Assembly: GCA_036676805.1 (NCBI GenBank)
Contig: JAKFCD010000083.1
Location: 1,211 to 65,210 of the forward strand
Direction: 5' to 3'
Length of the DNA: 64,000 nt
Origin: Elusimicrobiota bacterium
Lineage (GTDB): Bacteria > Elusimicrobiota > Elusimicrobia > UBA1565 > UBA9628
The position numbers were made by a program, and so were the translations under genes. This document shows positions 1 to 11,277 of the stretch, piece after piece (the stretch's first letter is position 1; the number at the start of each line of letters is the position of its first letter). Under the pieces are notes generated by a model that saw only the letters and a program-made list of their open reading frames with translations, searched no databases and was not told the origin of the DNA.

Positions 1-11
1 GCGTCGCGCAC

Positions 12-272
12 GTGCGCTCGCTCGGCGTCGTCGGCGCTTTCCTGGCCCTCATGACGATGCTGGCCGCGGTCGGCTTCGGCTTCCTCCTGCTGTTCGGCAA
101 GGCTCTGCTCGCGGCCGCGCTCGTCAAGCTCCTGTGGCCCGCCGTCTTCAGCGTGGAATTCACGCAGTGGGTGTTCGGCTCCGAGTCGGTCCCGTTCTAC
201 AAGGTGTTCCTGCTCATGATCCTCGGAAGCGTGGTCGCCAAGATGCTGCGGCCCGCGGCCTGGGGGAGATGA
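12..272 (+). CDS. Small hydrophobic membrane protein, possibly 5'-truncated by the window edge
   Basis: Two or three hydrophobic helices, high GC3 codon pattern; frame is open from position 3. Confidence 0.6.
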   Translation: MRSLGVVGAFLALMTMLAAVGFGFLLLFGKALLAAALVKLLWPAVFSVEFTQWVFGSESVPFYKVFLLMILGSVVAKMLRPAAWGR

Positions 273-277
273 TGGGT

Positions 278-335
278 GGCCGGGCCTAGGAAGGCCCGGC
301 CCAGATGCTTCTGAGGAAATCCTCATAGCATCTAG
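278..335. repeat. Two-hairpin intergenic element, copy 1
   Basis: GGCCGGGCC-TAGGAA-GGCCCGGC-CC-AGATGC-TT-CTGAGGAAATCC-TCAT-AGCATCTAG; same layout at 23793-23847. Confidence 0.7.
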
Positions 336-366
336 TAAGACGCACGAAGAGAGGTTGTAAAAAGTC

Positions 367-792
367 ATGGCGAAGAAAGTCAAAACGCAGATCAAGCTTC
401 AGATTCCCGCCGGCGCCGCGAACCCCGCGCCGCCCGTCGGCCCCGCGCTCGGCCAGCACGGCGTCAACATCATGGATTTCTGCAAGCAGTTCAACGAGAA
501 GACCCGGACTCAAGAGCCCGGAATGCTCATCCCGGTCGTCATCACCGTGTTCGAGGACCGCTCCTTCTCGTTCATCACGAAGATGCCCCCCGTCTCGTCG
601 CTTCTCAAGAAGGCGGCGGGCCTGGCCAAGGGCTCCGGCGAGCCCAACCGCAACAAGGTGGGCCGTATCACGATGAAGCAGGCCGAGGAAGTGGCGAAGG
701 CGAAGCTGCCCGACCTCAACACCAAGGACCTCGAGGCCGCCACGCTCATGGTCCTGGGCACCGCCCGCTCGATGGGCATCGAAGTCAAGTAA
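367..792 (+). CDS. rplK: 50S ribosomal protein L11
   Basis: [35 protein letters not shown] ... [10 protein letters not shown], the canonical L11 sequence. Confidence 0.99.
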   Translation: MAKKVKTQIKLQIPAGAANPAPPVGPALGQHGVNIMDFCKQFNEKTRTQEPGMLIPVVITVFEDRSFSFITKMPPVSSLLKKAAGLAKGSGEPNRNKVGRITMKQAEEVAKAKLPDLNTKDLEAATLMVLGTARSMGIEVK

Positions 793-806
793 ATTAGAAG
801 AAGCAC

Positions 807-837
807 GACCGAGCTCCAACAGGGGCGCCAACAGGTC
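807..837 (+). promoter_or_regulatory. L1-binding mRNA autoregulatory structure directly upstream of the rplA Shine-Dalgarno
   Basis: GACC-GA-GCTCC-AACA-GGGGC-GCCAACA-GGTC: two helices around an asymmetric GA/7-nt internal loop, the same layout as the E. coli L1 operator. SD AGGAG follows at 838-842. Confidence 0.75.
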
Positions 838-850
838 AGGAGATAAAAAG

Positions 851-1543
851 ATGGGCAAGAGATACGACGCGCTGGTGAAGGATCTGGACCTCATGAAGCT
901 CAATCCGCTCCCCGCGGCGATCGAGCTCGTGAAGAAGTGCGCGAACGCCAAGTTCGACGAGTCCGTCGAGCTGCACGTCCGCCTCGGCGTGGACCCCAAG
1001 CAGGCGGACCAGCAGGTCCGCGGCGTCGTCGGCCTGCCCCACGGCCTGGGCAAGTCCAAGAAGATCGCGGTCGTCGTCCGCGGCGACAAGCAGAAGGACG
1101 CGAAGGCCGCCGGCGCGGACCTGGTCGGCGCCGAGGACTTGATCGAGCAGATCTCAAAAGGCTTCACGGACTTCGACATCCTCGTGGCCACCCCGGACAT
1201 GATGAAGGACCTGTCCAAACTCGGAAAGGTCCTCGGTCCGAAGGGGCTGATGCCCAATCCCAAGAGCGGCACGGTCACGATGGACATCCCCAAGACCGTC
1301 AAGGAGCTCAAGGCCGGCCGCGTCGAGTACAAGGTCGACGACTACGGCATCATCCACGTGCCCGTCGGCAAGGCGTCCTTCCCGGCCGCCAACCTCGTCG
1401 GCAACGCGAAAACCGTGCTCGACGCCATCCTCAAGGCCAAGCCGTCCGCCTCGAAGGGCGTCTACATGGTCAGCGTTACGGTGGCCTCCACGATGGGGCC
1501 CGGCATCAAGGTCGAGGTCAGCGACAAAGCAGTCGCCGCCTGA
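851..1543 (+). CDS. rplA: 50S ribosomal protein L1
   Basis: AKFDESVELHVRLGVDP, LGKVLGPKGLMPNPKSGTVT and STMGPG motifs. Confidence 0.99.
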   Translation: MGKRYDALVKDLDLMKLNPLPAAIELVKKCANAKFDESVELHVRLGVDPKQADQQVRGVVGLPHGLGKSKKIAVVVRGDKQKDAKAAGADLVGAEDLIEQISKGFTDFDILVATPDMMKDLSKLGKVLGPKGLMPNPKSGTVTMDIPKTVKELKAGRVEYKVDDYGIIHVPVGKASFPAANLVGNAKTVLDAILKAKPSASKGVYMVSVTVASTMGPGIKVEVSDKAVAA

Positions 1544-1575
1544 CCCCGGACGAGCTTTTAAAAGAAAAGAGAAGG

Positions 1576-1610
1576 AAGAAGGCCCCCGCTCGCGCGGGGG
1601 CCTTCTTCTT
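1576..1610. terminator. Intrinsic terminator, probably bidirectional, between convergent rplA and RDD genes
   Basis: 14-bp stem AAGAAGGCCCCCGC-tcgc-GCGGGGGCCTTCTT, with a pyrimidine tail on one side and an A-rich run on the other. Confidence 0.85.
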
Positions 1611-1627
1611 ATTGCGGGGCGCCGCGG

Positions 1628-2419
1628 CTACGGGCCGCTGACGGCCACCAGGGTCGCATCCACGTCATTGGCGCGGGTGACGACAACGTAATTTTCTTTG
1701 TCGGCCTTGAAGCGGAAGCTCTTCAGGTCGTAGAGCGCCGACATGTCGCGCAGGAAGGCGCGGGGGTCGAGGGAGGCCTCGGCCAAGGCGTACAGGCTGC
1801 CCGCGTAGACGCCGTTGCGCTGATGATACGAGGCCTGCAAGGTCTTGACCTCCTCGAGGCCGGCCTTCGCGTGGGAGACGGTCATGAGCTTGAGATAGCG
1901 CGGCTCCCAGATCCCGTTCCAGCCCACGCCCAGCGCGAACGCGATGACGAGGGTGCCCGCCGCGAGGCGCGCGACGGCGCCGCGCGCGCCTCCGGCCGGG
2001 CGGTCGGTGATCACGGCGCTGCCCGCGGCGAGGTCGTGCCACGCCCGGCCCTTCGGGTCCAGCAGCGACCAGAAGAAGCCCAAGGTGAGGATCGAGCTCG
2101 GCAGGTACGCCAGGGAGCGCATCGCGGCCCTGCCGAAGTCGAGGGGCTCGCCCTCCGCGTCGGCCACGCGCAGGCCGAGCAGGCGCTTGCCGGCGGTGGC
2201 GCGTCCGTCGCAGGAGAAGAACGCCTGATAGATGATGAACAGCGCCGCCAGGAAGGCGATGACGACGGTGCCCTTCTCGTTGAGCAGGACCGGCATGCCG
2301 GGCTCGAGAAGCTTGAGGATCGCGAACCAGGCGGCGGCGAACAGCGCGCAGTCGGCCGCGAAGGCCAGCGCGCGCTCGGCGAATTCGGCCTGGCGGGAGA
2401 CGGGCTTAGGTTGGCTCAT
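1628..2419 (-). CDS. RDD family membrane protein with a C-terminal type IV pilin-like helix
   Basis: ERALAFAAD, TAGKRLLGLRV and RAWHDLAAGSAV are RDD motifs; C-terminal AKAGLEEVKTLQASYHQRNGVYA resembles pilin alpha1-C. Confidence 0.8.
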   Translation of the reverse strand: MSQPKPVSRQAEFAERALAFAADCALFAAAWFAILKLLEPGMPVLLNEKGTVVIAFLAALFIIYQAFFSCDGRATAGKRLLGLRVADAEGEPLDFGRAAMRSLAYLPSSILTLGFFWSLLDPKGRAWHDLAAGSAVITDRPAGGARGAVARLAAGTLVIAFALGVGWNGIWEPRYLKLMTVSHAKAGLEEVKTLQASYHQRNGVYAGSLYALAEASLDPRAFLRDMSALYDLKSFRFKADKENYVVVTRANDVDATLVAVSGP

Positions 2420-2429
2420 GGGATTATCC

Positions 2430-4745
2430 TCAGGGGACCGGCCGGATTCTGGCCGCGCTGTCCTTGATGTACGCGGTCAGCTTCTCGTTGATCTTGCAGT
2501 GCTCGTCGACGTTGTCGGGCTTATCGGGGTTGCGGTATGAGGGGCTGGCCGACGCGTCTCCCAGCCCAAGCGCCTTGGCGCAATCCGAGACCGCCGCCTG
2601 CAGCTCGGTCTTCCTCGCCTCGTCCGTCGGCCACTCCTTGTCGAACCACATCGCGGTATGGGCCGTGAGCTTCGAGCTGCCGCCGGTGAGCGCGGACAGC
2701 TTCTTGAGGCGCGGGCTTGCGACCTTCGTGTACTCACGCCGCAGCGTGTCCACGGAGGCCAGGATCGAGGCGCCGAAGGCCGCCGCAAGCTCCGCGTCCG
2801 CTTTCGCGCGCAGCTTCGCCGGATCGCGGTCGCCCGCCTCCGCGGCCGCCAGCTCCTTGATGCGGGCCCGTGCCGCGTCCTCGATGGCCTGCCTCGCCGC
2901 GACGCACCCGGCCTCGGCCTCGGCGGCCGCTTTTTCCCGCTGCGCCTTCGCGATGGCCGGGTCGTCGAAGTAGTCCTGCTTGATCGCCGCGGCCTCGGCC
3001 TTCTTCGCCTTACAGGCGACGTCGGCGGCCGCGAGCTGCTCCAGGCGCTTCTTCTCGACGTCGTTTCGCGAGCGCACGTTGTCGCCGGCCATCTCGGCCG
3101 CCGCCTCGCGCTGGCGCGCGGCGTACGTCTCGTAATCGTTGCGGATGAGATCTTTGGGGCTCTCGCACCCGGCGGCCCCCTCCTTGATCTTCTTCGATTC
3201 GGGCGGCAAGGTCCGCGCGAGCGCGGCCTCCCCTCCCGTGAGGCCGCTGTCCAGGGGCTGGCCGGGCTGGCCGCTCCCGCCGATCGCGGCCCACATCGCC
3301 TGGTTGCGGGCGTCCTCCTTGGCTCCGCTGACGATGTAGCGGGCGATCATCCCGGCGACGTCGTTGCGCGCCGAATCGCTTTTCTCCACGGCGTCGGGGA
3401 CGACGCTCGTCAGGGCCACCTTGCGGCCGCCCTGAGTGAATACCACCACCTTGCTTCCGTCCGGGGCGGTCTCGACGGTCGCGCTGCGCGCCGCCGCGAG
3501 CATCTCCTCCCGGGCTCGGGACATCGCCAGCCCGTCGGGGGACTTCGCCCAGTCCGCGCCATGCCGCTCGATGTTGCCCGCGTAGAGGATGTCGAGCTGC
3601 TGGTAGTCGCGCGACTCGGAGAGACGCTTGACCACGGACGCGGCGAGCGAGTTTTCGGGCAGCTTCGCCGCCTCCGCCGAGGTGCGCGCGGACACCTCGA
3701 ACTGCGCGATCGTCTGCCCCTTGAGGCGGGCCTTGGCCGCCGCGTGCAGCCGATCGACGTCGGCCGAGCGGACGGCGATCAGGTTGCGCAGAGCCAGGTC
3801 GACCGGATCGAGCAGGGCCGGGGCGCGCAGGCCTTGGTCCTCGAGCGCGGGGACCGTTCCCGGGCCGACCAAGGCGCTCAGCGCCGCGGCGTACTTCTCC
3901 TGGGCCAGCGCGTGAGGCCGGGTCGCCTCGACGAGGACGAACGTCGAGGGCAGGCCGGGCGTGTAATCCTTGAGGCCCTCGGTCGCGCCCGCGACGCGCT
4001 TCTTAAGCAGGGAATCGGAGCCGCCCAAGCGCCCGAGCTCCGCCTCCAGGCCCAGGACCGCCAGGCGGAAGCGGATGACGGCGTCGCCCAAGGAAGGCCC
4101 GTCGGTGACGAGCTTGCGCATCGTCGCCCCGAGCTGCTCCGGAGCGACCGTGGCGGGAACCCGCTTTTCTTCCGCGAACACGGCGACCACGCGCGGCTTG
4201 ATGGCCCCGGTGGGGCCGCCGGAGGTCCCCTTCGAAAGGTCGGCGAGCGCCTTCTCCGAGACCGTGAAGTCCGCGAGGCCCAGCGCCTTCGCCGCGTCGA
4301 TGACCTCGTCGCCCGCGGCGACGATCGCCGCGGCCTTCGCGTCGACGACGCGGAAGAAGTCGTCGGCGACGAGGACGAGACCGATGTGCTGGGCGACGGC
4401 GGTGTCCTTCCAGAAGTCCCCCGCCGCGCGGTTGCGCCAGCGCAGCGCCGTCCCGCCGACGGGCTGCCCCGTCCGGGAGTCCAGGACCGGCTCGCCGACC
4501 GGCTCCACGGTCGCGAGATGCCGCCAGGTCGCGGCGTCGCAGGTCTTCGGATTGCCGAACTTGAGCTTGACGACGTTGCCCACGACCTCGACGCGCTCGT
4601 CGGAGACGCTGCGGCCGGACTGGGACATGATGGCCTGAGTCTCTTCGAGCCATTTGACGTCGCAGCGCTCGCCCGGCTTGGGTTCGGCGGCCGCGGGCAG
4701 GGCGGCGAAAAGGAGGAGCAGCGCGAGGGACGAGGGGGTTTTCAT
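2430..4745 (-). CDS. Large secreted hypothetical protein, Ala-rich helical with scattered Cys
   Basis: Sec signal peptide (..ALPAAA-E), GGAG SD, upstream TTGACA-17-TATCCT promoter, consistent codon usage. Confidence 0.75.
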   Translation of the reverse strand: MKTPSSLALLLLFAALPAAAEPKPGERCDVKWLEETQAIMSQSGRSVSDERVEVVGNVVKLKFGNPKTCDAATWRHLATVEPVGEPVLDSRTGQPVGGTALRWRNRAAGDFWKDTAVAQHIGLVLVADDFFRVVDAKAAAIVAAGDEVIDAAKALGLADFTVSEKALADLSKGTSGGPTGAIKPRVVAVFAEEKRVPATVAPEQLGATMRKLVTDGPSLGDAVIRFRLAVLGLEAELGRLGGSDSLLKKRVAGATEGLKDYTPGLPSTFVLVEATRPHALAQEKYAAALSALVGPGTVPALEDQGLRAPALLDPVDLALRNLIAVRSADVDRLHAAAKARLKGQTIAQFEVSARTSAEAAKLPENSLAASVVKRLSESRDYQQLDILYAGNIERHGADWAKSPDGLAMSRAREEMLAAARSATVETAPDGSKVVVFTQGGRKVALTSVVPDAVEKSDSARNDVAGMIARYIVSGAKEDARNQAMWAAIGGSGQPGQPLDSGLTGGEAALARTLPPESKKIKEGAAGCESPKDLIRNDYETYAARQREAAAEMAGDNVRSRNDVEKKRLEQLAAADVACKAKKAEAAAIKQDYFDDPAIAKAQREKAAAEAEAGCVAARQAIEDAARARIKELAAAEAGDRDPAKLRAKADAELAAAFGASILASVDTLRREYTKVASPRLKKLSALTGGSSKLTAHTAMWFDKEWPTDEARKTELQAAVSDCAKALGLGDASASPSYRNPDKPDNVDEHCKINEKLTAYIKDSAARIRPVP

Positions 4746-4767
4746 GGGGCTCTCCAGGGGACGCTTG

Positions 4768-4801
4768 AAGGATAAGGCCGGCCCCTGGATTTGTCAAGCC
4801 C
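4768..4801 (-). promoter_or_regulatory. Sigma70-type promoter of the 771-aa secreted protein
   Basis: Minus strand GGGC-TTGACA-17 nt-TATCCT. Confidence 0.6.
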
Positions 4802-4828
4802 TCGCGAGCTTACGAAGCAGCCGCCTTC

Positions 4829-5965
4829 TTACTCCTCGTCGGCCCCGGCCTTGAGGCGGGGAGGCTTGCCGGCGGCGAGCCAGGACAAATAAGCCTCGAG
4901 GAACGGGTCCAGGTCCCCGTCCATGACGTTTGCGATCTGCGAGGTCTGGCAGCCGGTGCGCAGGTCCTTGACCATCTGGTAGGGCATGAAGACGTAGGAG
5001 CGGATCTGATGGCCCCAGGCGATGTCGCCCATCTCGCCGTAGTGCTTCTCCACGGCCGAGCGCTTCTTGTCCAGTTCGATCTGGTACAGCTTCGCCTTGA
5101 GCATGCGCATCGCGTTCAGGCGGTTCTGCAGCTGGGAGCGCTCGGTCTGGCAGGCGATGACGAGGCCGGAGGGCTTGTGGCGTATGCGCACCGCGGTCTC
5201 GACCTTGTTGACGTTCTGGCCGCCGGCGCCGCCGGAGCGGAACGTCTCGAGGGTGATGTCCTCGTCCTTGACCTGGATGTCGATCTCGTCCTCGATGTCG
5301 GGGACCACGTCGAGCGAGGCGAAGGAGGTGTGGCGGCGCTTGTTCGCGTCGAAGGGGCTGATGCGGACCAGGCGGTGCACTCCCATCTCTCCTTTAAGAA
5401 GGCCGTAGGCGTTGGGGCCGCGGATGAAGGCGGACAGGCTCTTGAGGCCCGCCCCGTCGCCCTTGGCCAGCTCGGTGATGACGACCTCGTAGCCGTTCTT
5501 CTCGCACCAGCGCGAGTACATGCGCCACAGCATCTCCGCCCAATCGCACGCCTCGAGGCCGCCGGCGCCGGCGTGCACGCTGACGATCGCGTCGTCCTTG
5601 TCGAACTCGCCGGAGAGCTTCAGGCGCATGTCCATCGCGCGCAGCAGCTTCTCGGCCTCCTTTATCCCCGTCGAGGCCTCCTTGATCTCGCCCTCGTCCT
5701 GCATCTCGGTGGCCAGTTCGCAGTGCGCCTTCAGGTCGTCGAGGGTGACCTTAGCCTTGTCGTACTCGGCCAAGGTCTTCTTGAGGTCGTTGAGCTCCTT
5801 GGACTTCTTCTTGGCCTTGACCGAGTCCGTCCAGAACGACGGCTCCCCCGCCTCGGCCTCGCGCGAGGACACTTCCTTGCGAAGCTTGTCGAGATCGAGG
5901 TTCCGTCCGATCTTGGCGAGCAAAGCCCGCATCTCGTCGATCTTGTTGGAGGTCTCGGTGAACAT
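4829..5965 (-). CDS. prfB: Peptide chain release factor 2, no programmed frameshift
   Basis: RISPFD (SPF motif) and GAGGQNVNK; start moved to MFTETSNK, which follows TAGAAT by 7 nt. Confidence 0.97.
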   Translation of the reverse strand: MFTETSNKIDEMRALLAKIGRNLDLDKLRKEVSSREAEAGEPSFWTDSVKAKKKSKELNDLKKTLAEYDKAKVTLDDLKAHCELATEMQDEGEIKEASTGIKEAEKLLRAMDMRLKLSGEFDKDDAIVSVHAGAGGLEACDWAEMLWRMYSRWCEKNGYEVVITELAKGDGAGLKSLSAFIRGPNAYGLLKGEMGVHRLVRISPFDANKRRHTSFASLDVVPDIEDEIDIQVKDEDITLETFRSGGAGGQNVNKVETAVRIRHKPSGLVIACQTERSQLQNRLNAMRMLKAKLYQIELDKKRSAVEKHYGEMGDIAWGHQIRSYVFMPYQMVKDLRTGCQTSQIANVMDGDLDPFLEAYLSWLAAGKPPRLKAGADEE

Positions 5966-5999
5966 CGGTGATATTCTACGAAATCCAGCCCGAAAGGCT

Positions 6000-6054
6000 G
6001 GTGTCAGGCCTGTCGTTCTTTGCATAACAACGCAACAACGGGAGGTCTGACCCC
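6000..6054. repeat. REP-like imperfect palindrome, hybrid of the two arm variants
   Basis: GGTGTCAGGCCTGTCGTTCTTTGCATA...GCAACAACGGGAGGTCTGACCCC; left arm matches 27025, right arm resembles 38457-38486. Confidence 0.8.
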
Positions 6055-6929
6055 TATCGGGCGAAGAGCTTGAGGGTGGAGGCGTGAAGCCTGGCCGTGT
6101 CTTCCGGGGTGGGGCCGTAGCCGCCGCCGAGGGTGACGGCGACGGGGACCTGGTAGACCCGGCAGATGTCGTAAACCGCCATGTCGCGCTCCTTGATGCC
6201 GGCCTCGGTGAGCTTGAGGCCGCCCAGACGGTCGTGCTCCCAGACGTCCACGCCGGCCTGGTAGATCACGAGGTCGGGCTTGGACTCCATGACGGCCCGC
6301 AGGCCGTGCTTGAGCTTGTCGTAGTAGGCGGCGTCGCCGGTGCCGGCCCCGAGCTCGACGTCGAGCGAGCTGCGCCGCCGGACCTCCGGGTAGAGCCCGT
6401 GCTGGTGCATCGAGAAGGTGAACGTGTCTGGGTCCATCTCGAAGATGGCCGCGGTGCCGTTGCCTTGATGGACGTCGAGGTCGATGACCGCCGCGGTCTC
6501 GATCATGCCTTCGGCGCGAAGGCGAATGATCGCGAACGCGATGTCATTAACGGCACAGTAGCCTTCTCCATGATCTTTAAAAGCATGGTGGGCTCCTCCG
6601 CCCGCGTGAAGCCCGACGCCGGTCTCGAGGGCGTGGCGCGACGCCAGCAAGGTTCCCCCCGCCGCTAAACGGTGCGCATACGCGATCTCTTTGGAAAAGG
6701 GGAGTTCCAGGCGAGAAACATCGGCCGGGCTCAAAACGCCGGTCATGAGCTTCTCGACCCAGTCGGAGCTGTGAACGAGGAGCAGGTCTTGCCGCGACGG
6801 CTCCGAAGGCTCGATGATCTCAGCGAAAGACCGGCAGGCGTCCGCGGCCAACCGGAATTTCTCCGTCGAAAACGAGTGTTCCCCGTAATCGACCGCGTAC
6901 TTCGGCGAGTACACGACCCGGGGCTTCAT
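6054..6929 (-). CDS. Histone deacetylase family (Zn-dependent deacylase) protein
   Basis: [31 protein letters not shown] and GGGY motifs. Confidence 0.95.
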   Translation of the reverse strand: MKPRVVYSPKYAVDYGEHSFSTEKFRLAADACRSFAEIIEPSEPSRQDLLLVHSSDWVEKLMTGVLSPADVSRLELPFSKEIAYAHRLAAGGTLLASRHALETGVGLHAGGGAHHAFKDHGEGYCAVNDIAFAIIRLRAEGMIETAAVIDLDVHQGNGTAAIFEMDPDTFTFSMHQHGLYPEVRRRSSLDVELGAGTGDAAYYDKLKHGLRAVMESKPDLVIYQAGVDVWEHDRLGGLKLTEAGIKERDMAVYDICRVYQVPVAVTLGGGYGPTPEDTARLHASTLKLFAR

Positions 6930-8478
6930 GCAGGCCTGCGGCGGCTATCCTTAAGGATAGTCGCCACGAAAAACACCAGAACGAAGATCAAGCTCGCGGC
7001 CCCCAGCCAGTCCCCGTGACGGGCGTAGAACGAACGCTCCGGGAATGGGTCCTCAAGCGGCACCTCCGCGTCGAGACGCCCGCGCACGTCGAGCGCCAGC
7101 TCCGCCGTCGTCACGCCCCACGGGTCGATCACCGCGGACACGCCGTTGTTGCCCGAGCGGATCACGGTCAGGCGGTTCTCGATGGCGCGGAAGCGGTTGA
7201 CGCGGTAGTGCTGGCGGGGGCCCCAGGTGTCGAGGTACCAGGCGTCGTTGGTGATGTTGATCATCAGCCGCGCGCCGCGCGCCGCGTCACGGCGCGGCCA
7301 GCGCGGGAAGATCGCCTCGTAGCAGATCGTCACCGCGGTGGGGCCCCAGGCGGTGAGCAGCAGCGGCTGGCGCGTAGCACCCGCCTCCATGTCGCCCAGG
7401 TTGTCGAGGATCATCAGCCAGCGGTCGACGACGAAGCGCGGCACGAAGCGCCGCAGGGGCACGAACTCGCCGAAGGGCACGAGCTGGCGTTTGGCGTAGC
7501 GCCCGTCGATGCGCCCGTCGGGCGCGATGAGCTGCACGGCGTTGGCCGGGCCGGCGTCGCGGTCGCCCTCGGCGATGATGCCCACGAGGTGCGGAGCCCC
7601 GAGCTTGACCGCCCAGCGCGCCGCCTCGGGCACGGGCTCGGCGCGGCGCGACCAGCGCGGGATCGCCGTCTCCGGCCAGACGACCAGCGCGGGCGGCGCG
7701 GGGCGCGGCCGCGCGAGCAGCTCGTCGTAGCCGGCGAGAATCTCGGCGATCCACTCCTCGTTCCACTTGTGGTACTGGTCCACCACCGGCTGGAGAATCT
7801 CGACGCGCGCCGTCGGGCCGCGGTCGTCGGGCCGCGACGCCAGGACGTAGGAGCCGTGAGCCCACACGCCGGCCGCGAGCGCCAACGCGGCCGACAGCGC
7901 CGCCATGGAAGCGCGGCTATCCTCAGGGACAGCCGTCTTGGGCCGCGTCGCGTCGACCCAGGCCTCGGCCAGCGCCGCGTTGAAAAGCATCAGCACGAAG
8001 TCGAGCAGGTGCGGCCCGCCCCACGAGCCGGCCTGCAGGAGCCCCAGGTTCGACCACTGCGTGTAGCCGAGCAGGTCCACGCCGAAGCGAACCGTCCAGC
8101 GAGAGGCGAAGGAGGCGACGGCGGTCCAGCACAGCGCCCAGACCAGCGGGCGCAGAAGCCGCGGCAAGGATGAGGAAAGCGCGCGCGCCAACGCCGCGGC
8201 GGCGGCCCAGCTCGCCGCGAGCAGGGCCGAGAGGCCGACGACGGCCAGCGCGGACACGACGGCGGGCACCTGCGCGAAGCGGCACGTCGCGTAGATCCAG
8301 TGCAGCGCGACGGCGTGATAGGCGAAGCCCGCGGCGAAGCCGGCCAGCGCGGCGCGGCGCGCGGTGGGGGCTTCGTTGGCGGAGAGGACCAGGGGAACCA
8401 GGCCGAGCCAGGCGAAGGCCCAAAGCCCCCACGACGGCAGGCCCAGGGCCGCGAGGGCCCCGCCGAGGGCGGCCGCGC

Positions 8479-8506
<28 letters not shown>
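6926..8506 (-). CDS. lnt: Apolipoprotein N-acyltransferase
   Basis: Multi-TM N-terminus; VVWPETA, YAKRQLVPFGEFVP, ICYEAIFP, NITNDAWY and RAIEN motifs. Confidence 0.96.
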
Positions 8507-11223
<2,717 letters not shown>

Positions 11224-11277
11224 TGGTGGAACTCCAATTATAGCAATTTCGTTCCGGGCTTAATTAACGCCCGCCGC

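Noticed and set aside
1539-1547. CCTGACCCC at the rplA stop as a REP end
   Set aside because: Only 9 nt match, plausible by chance in GC-rich DNA.
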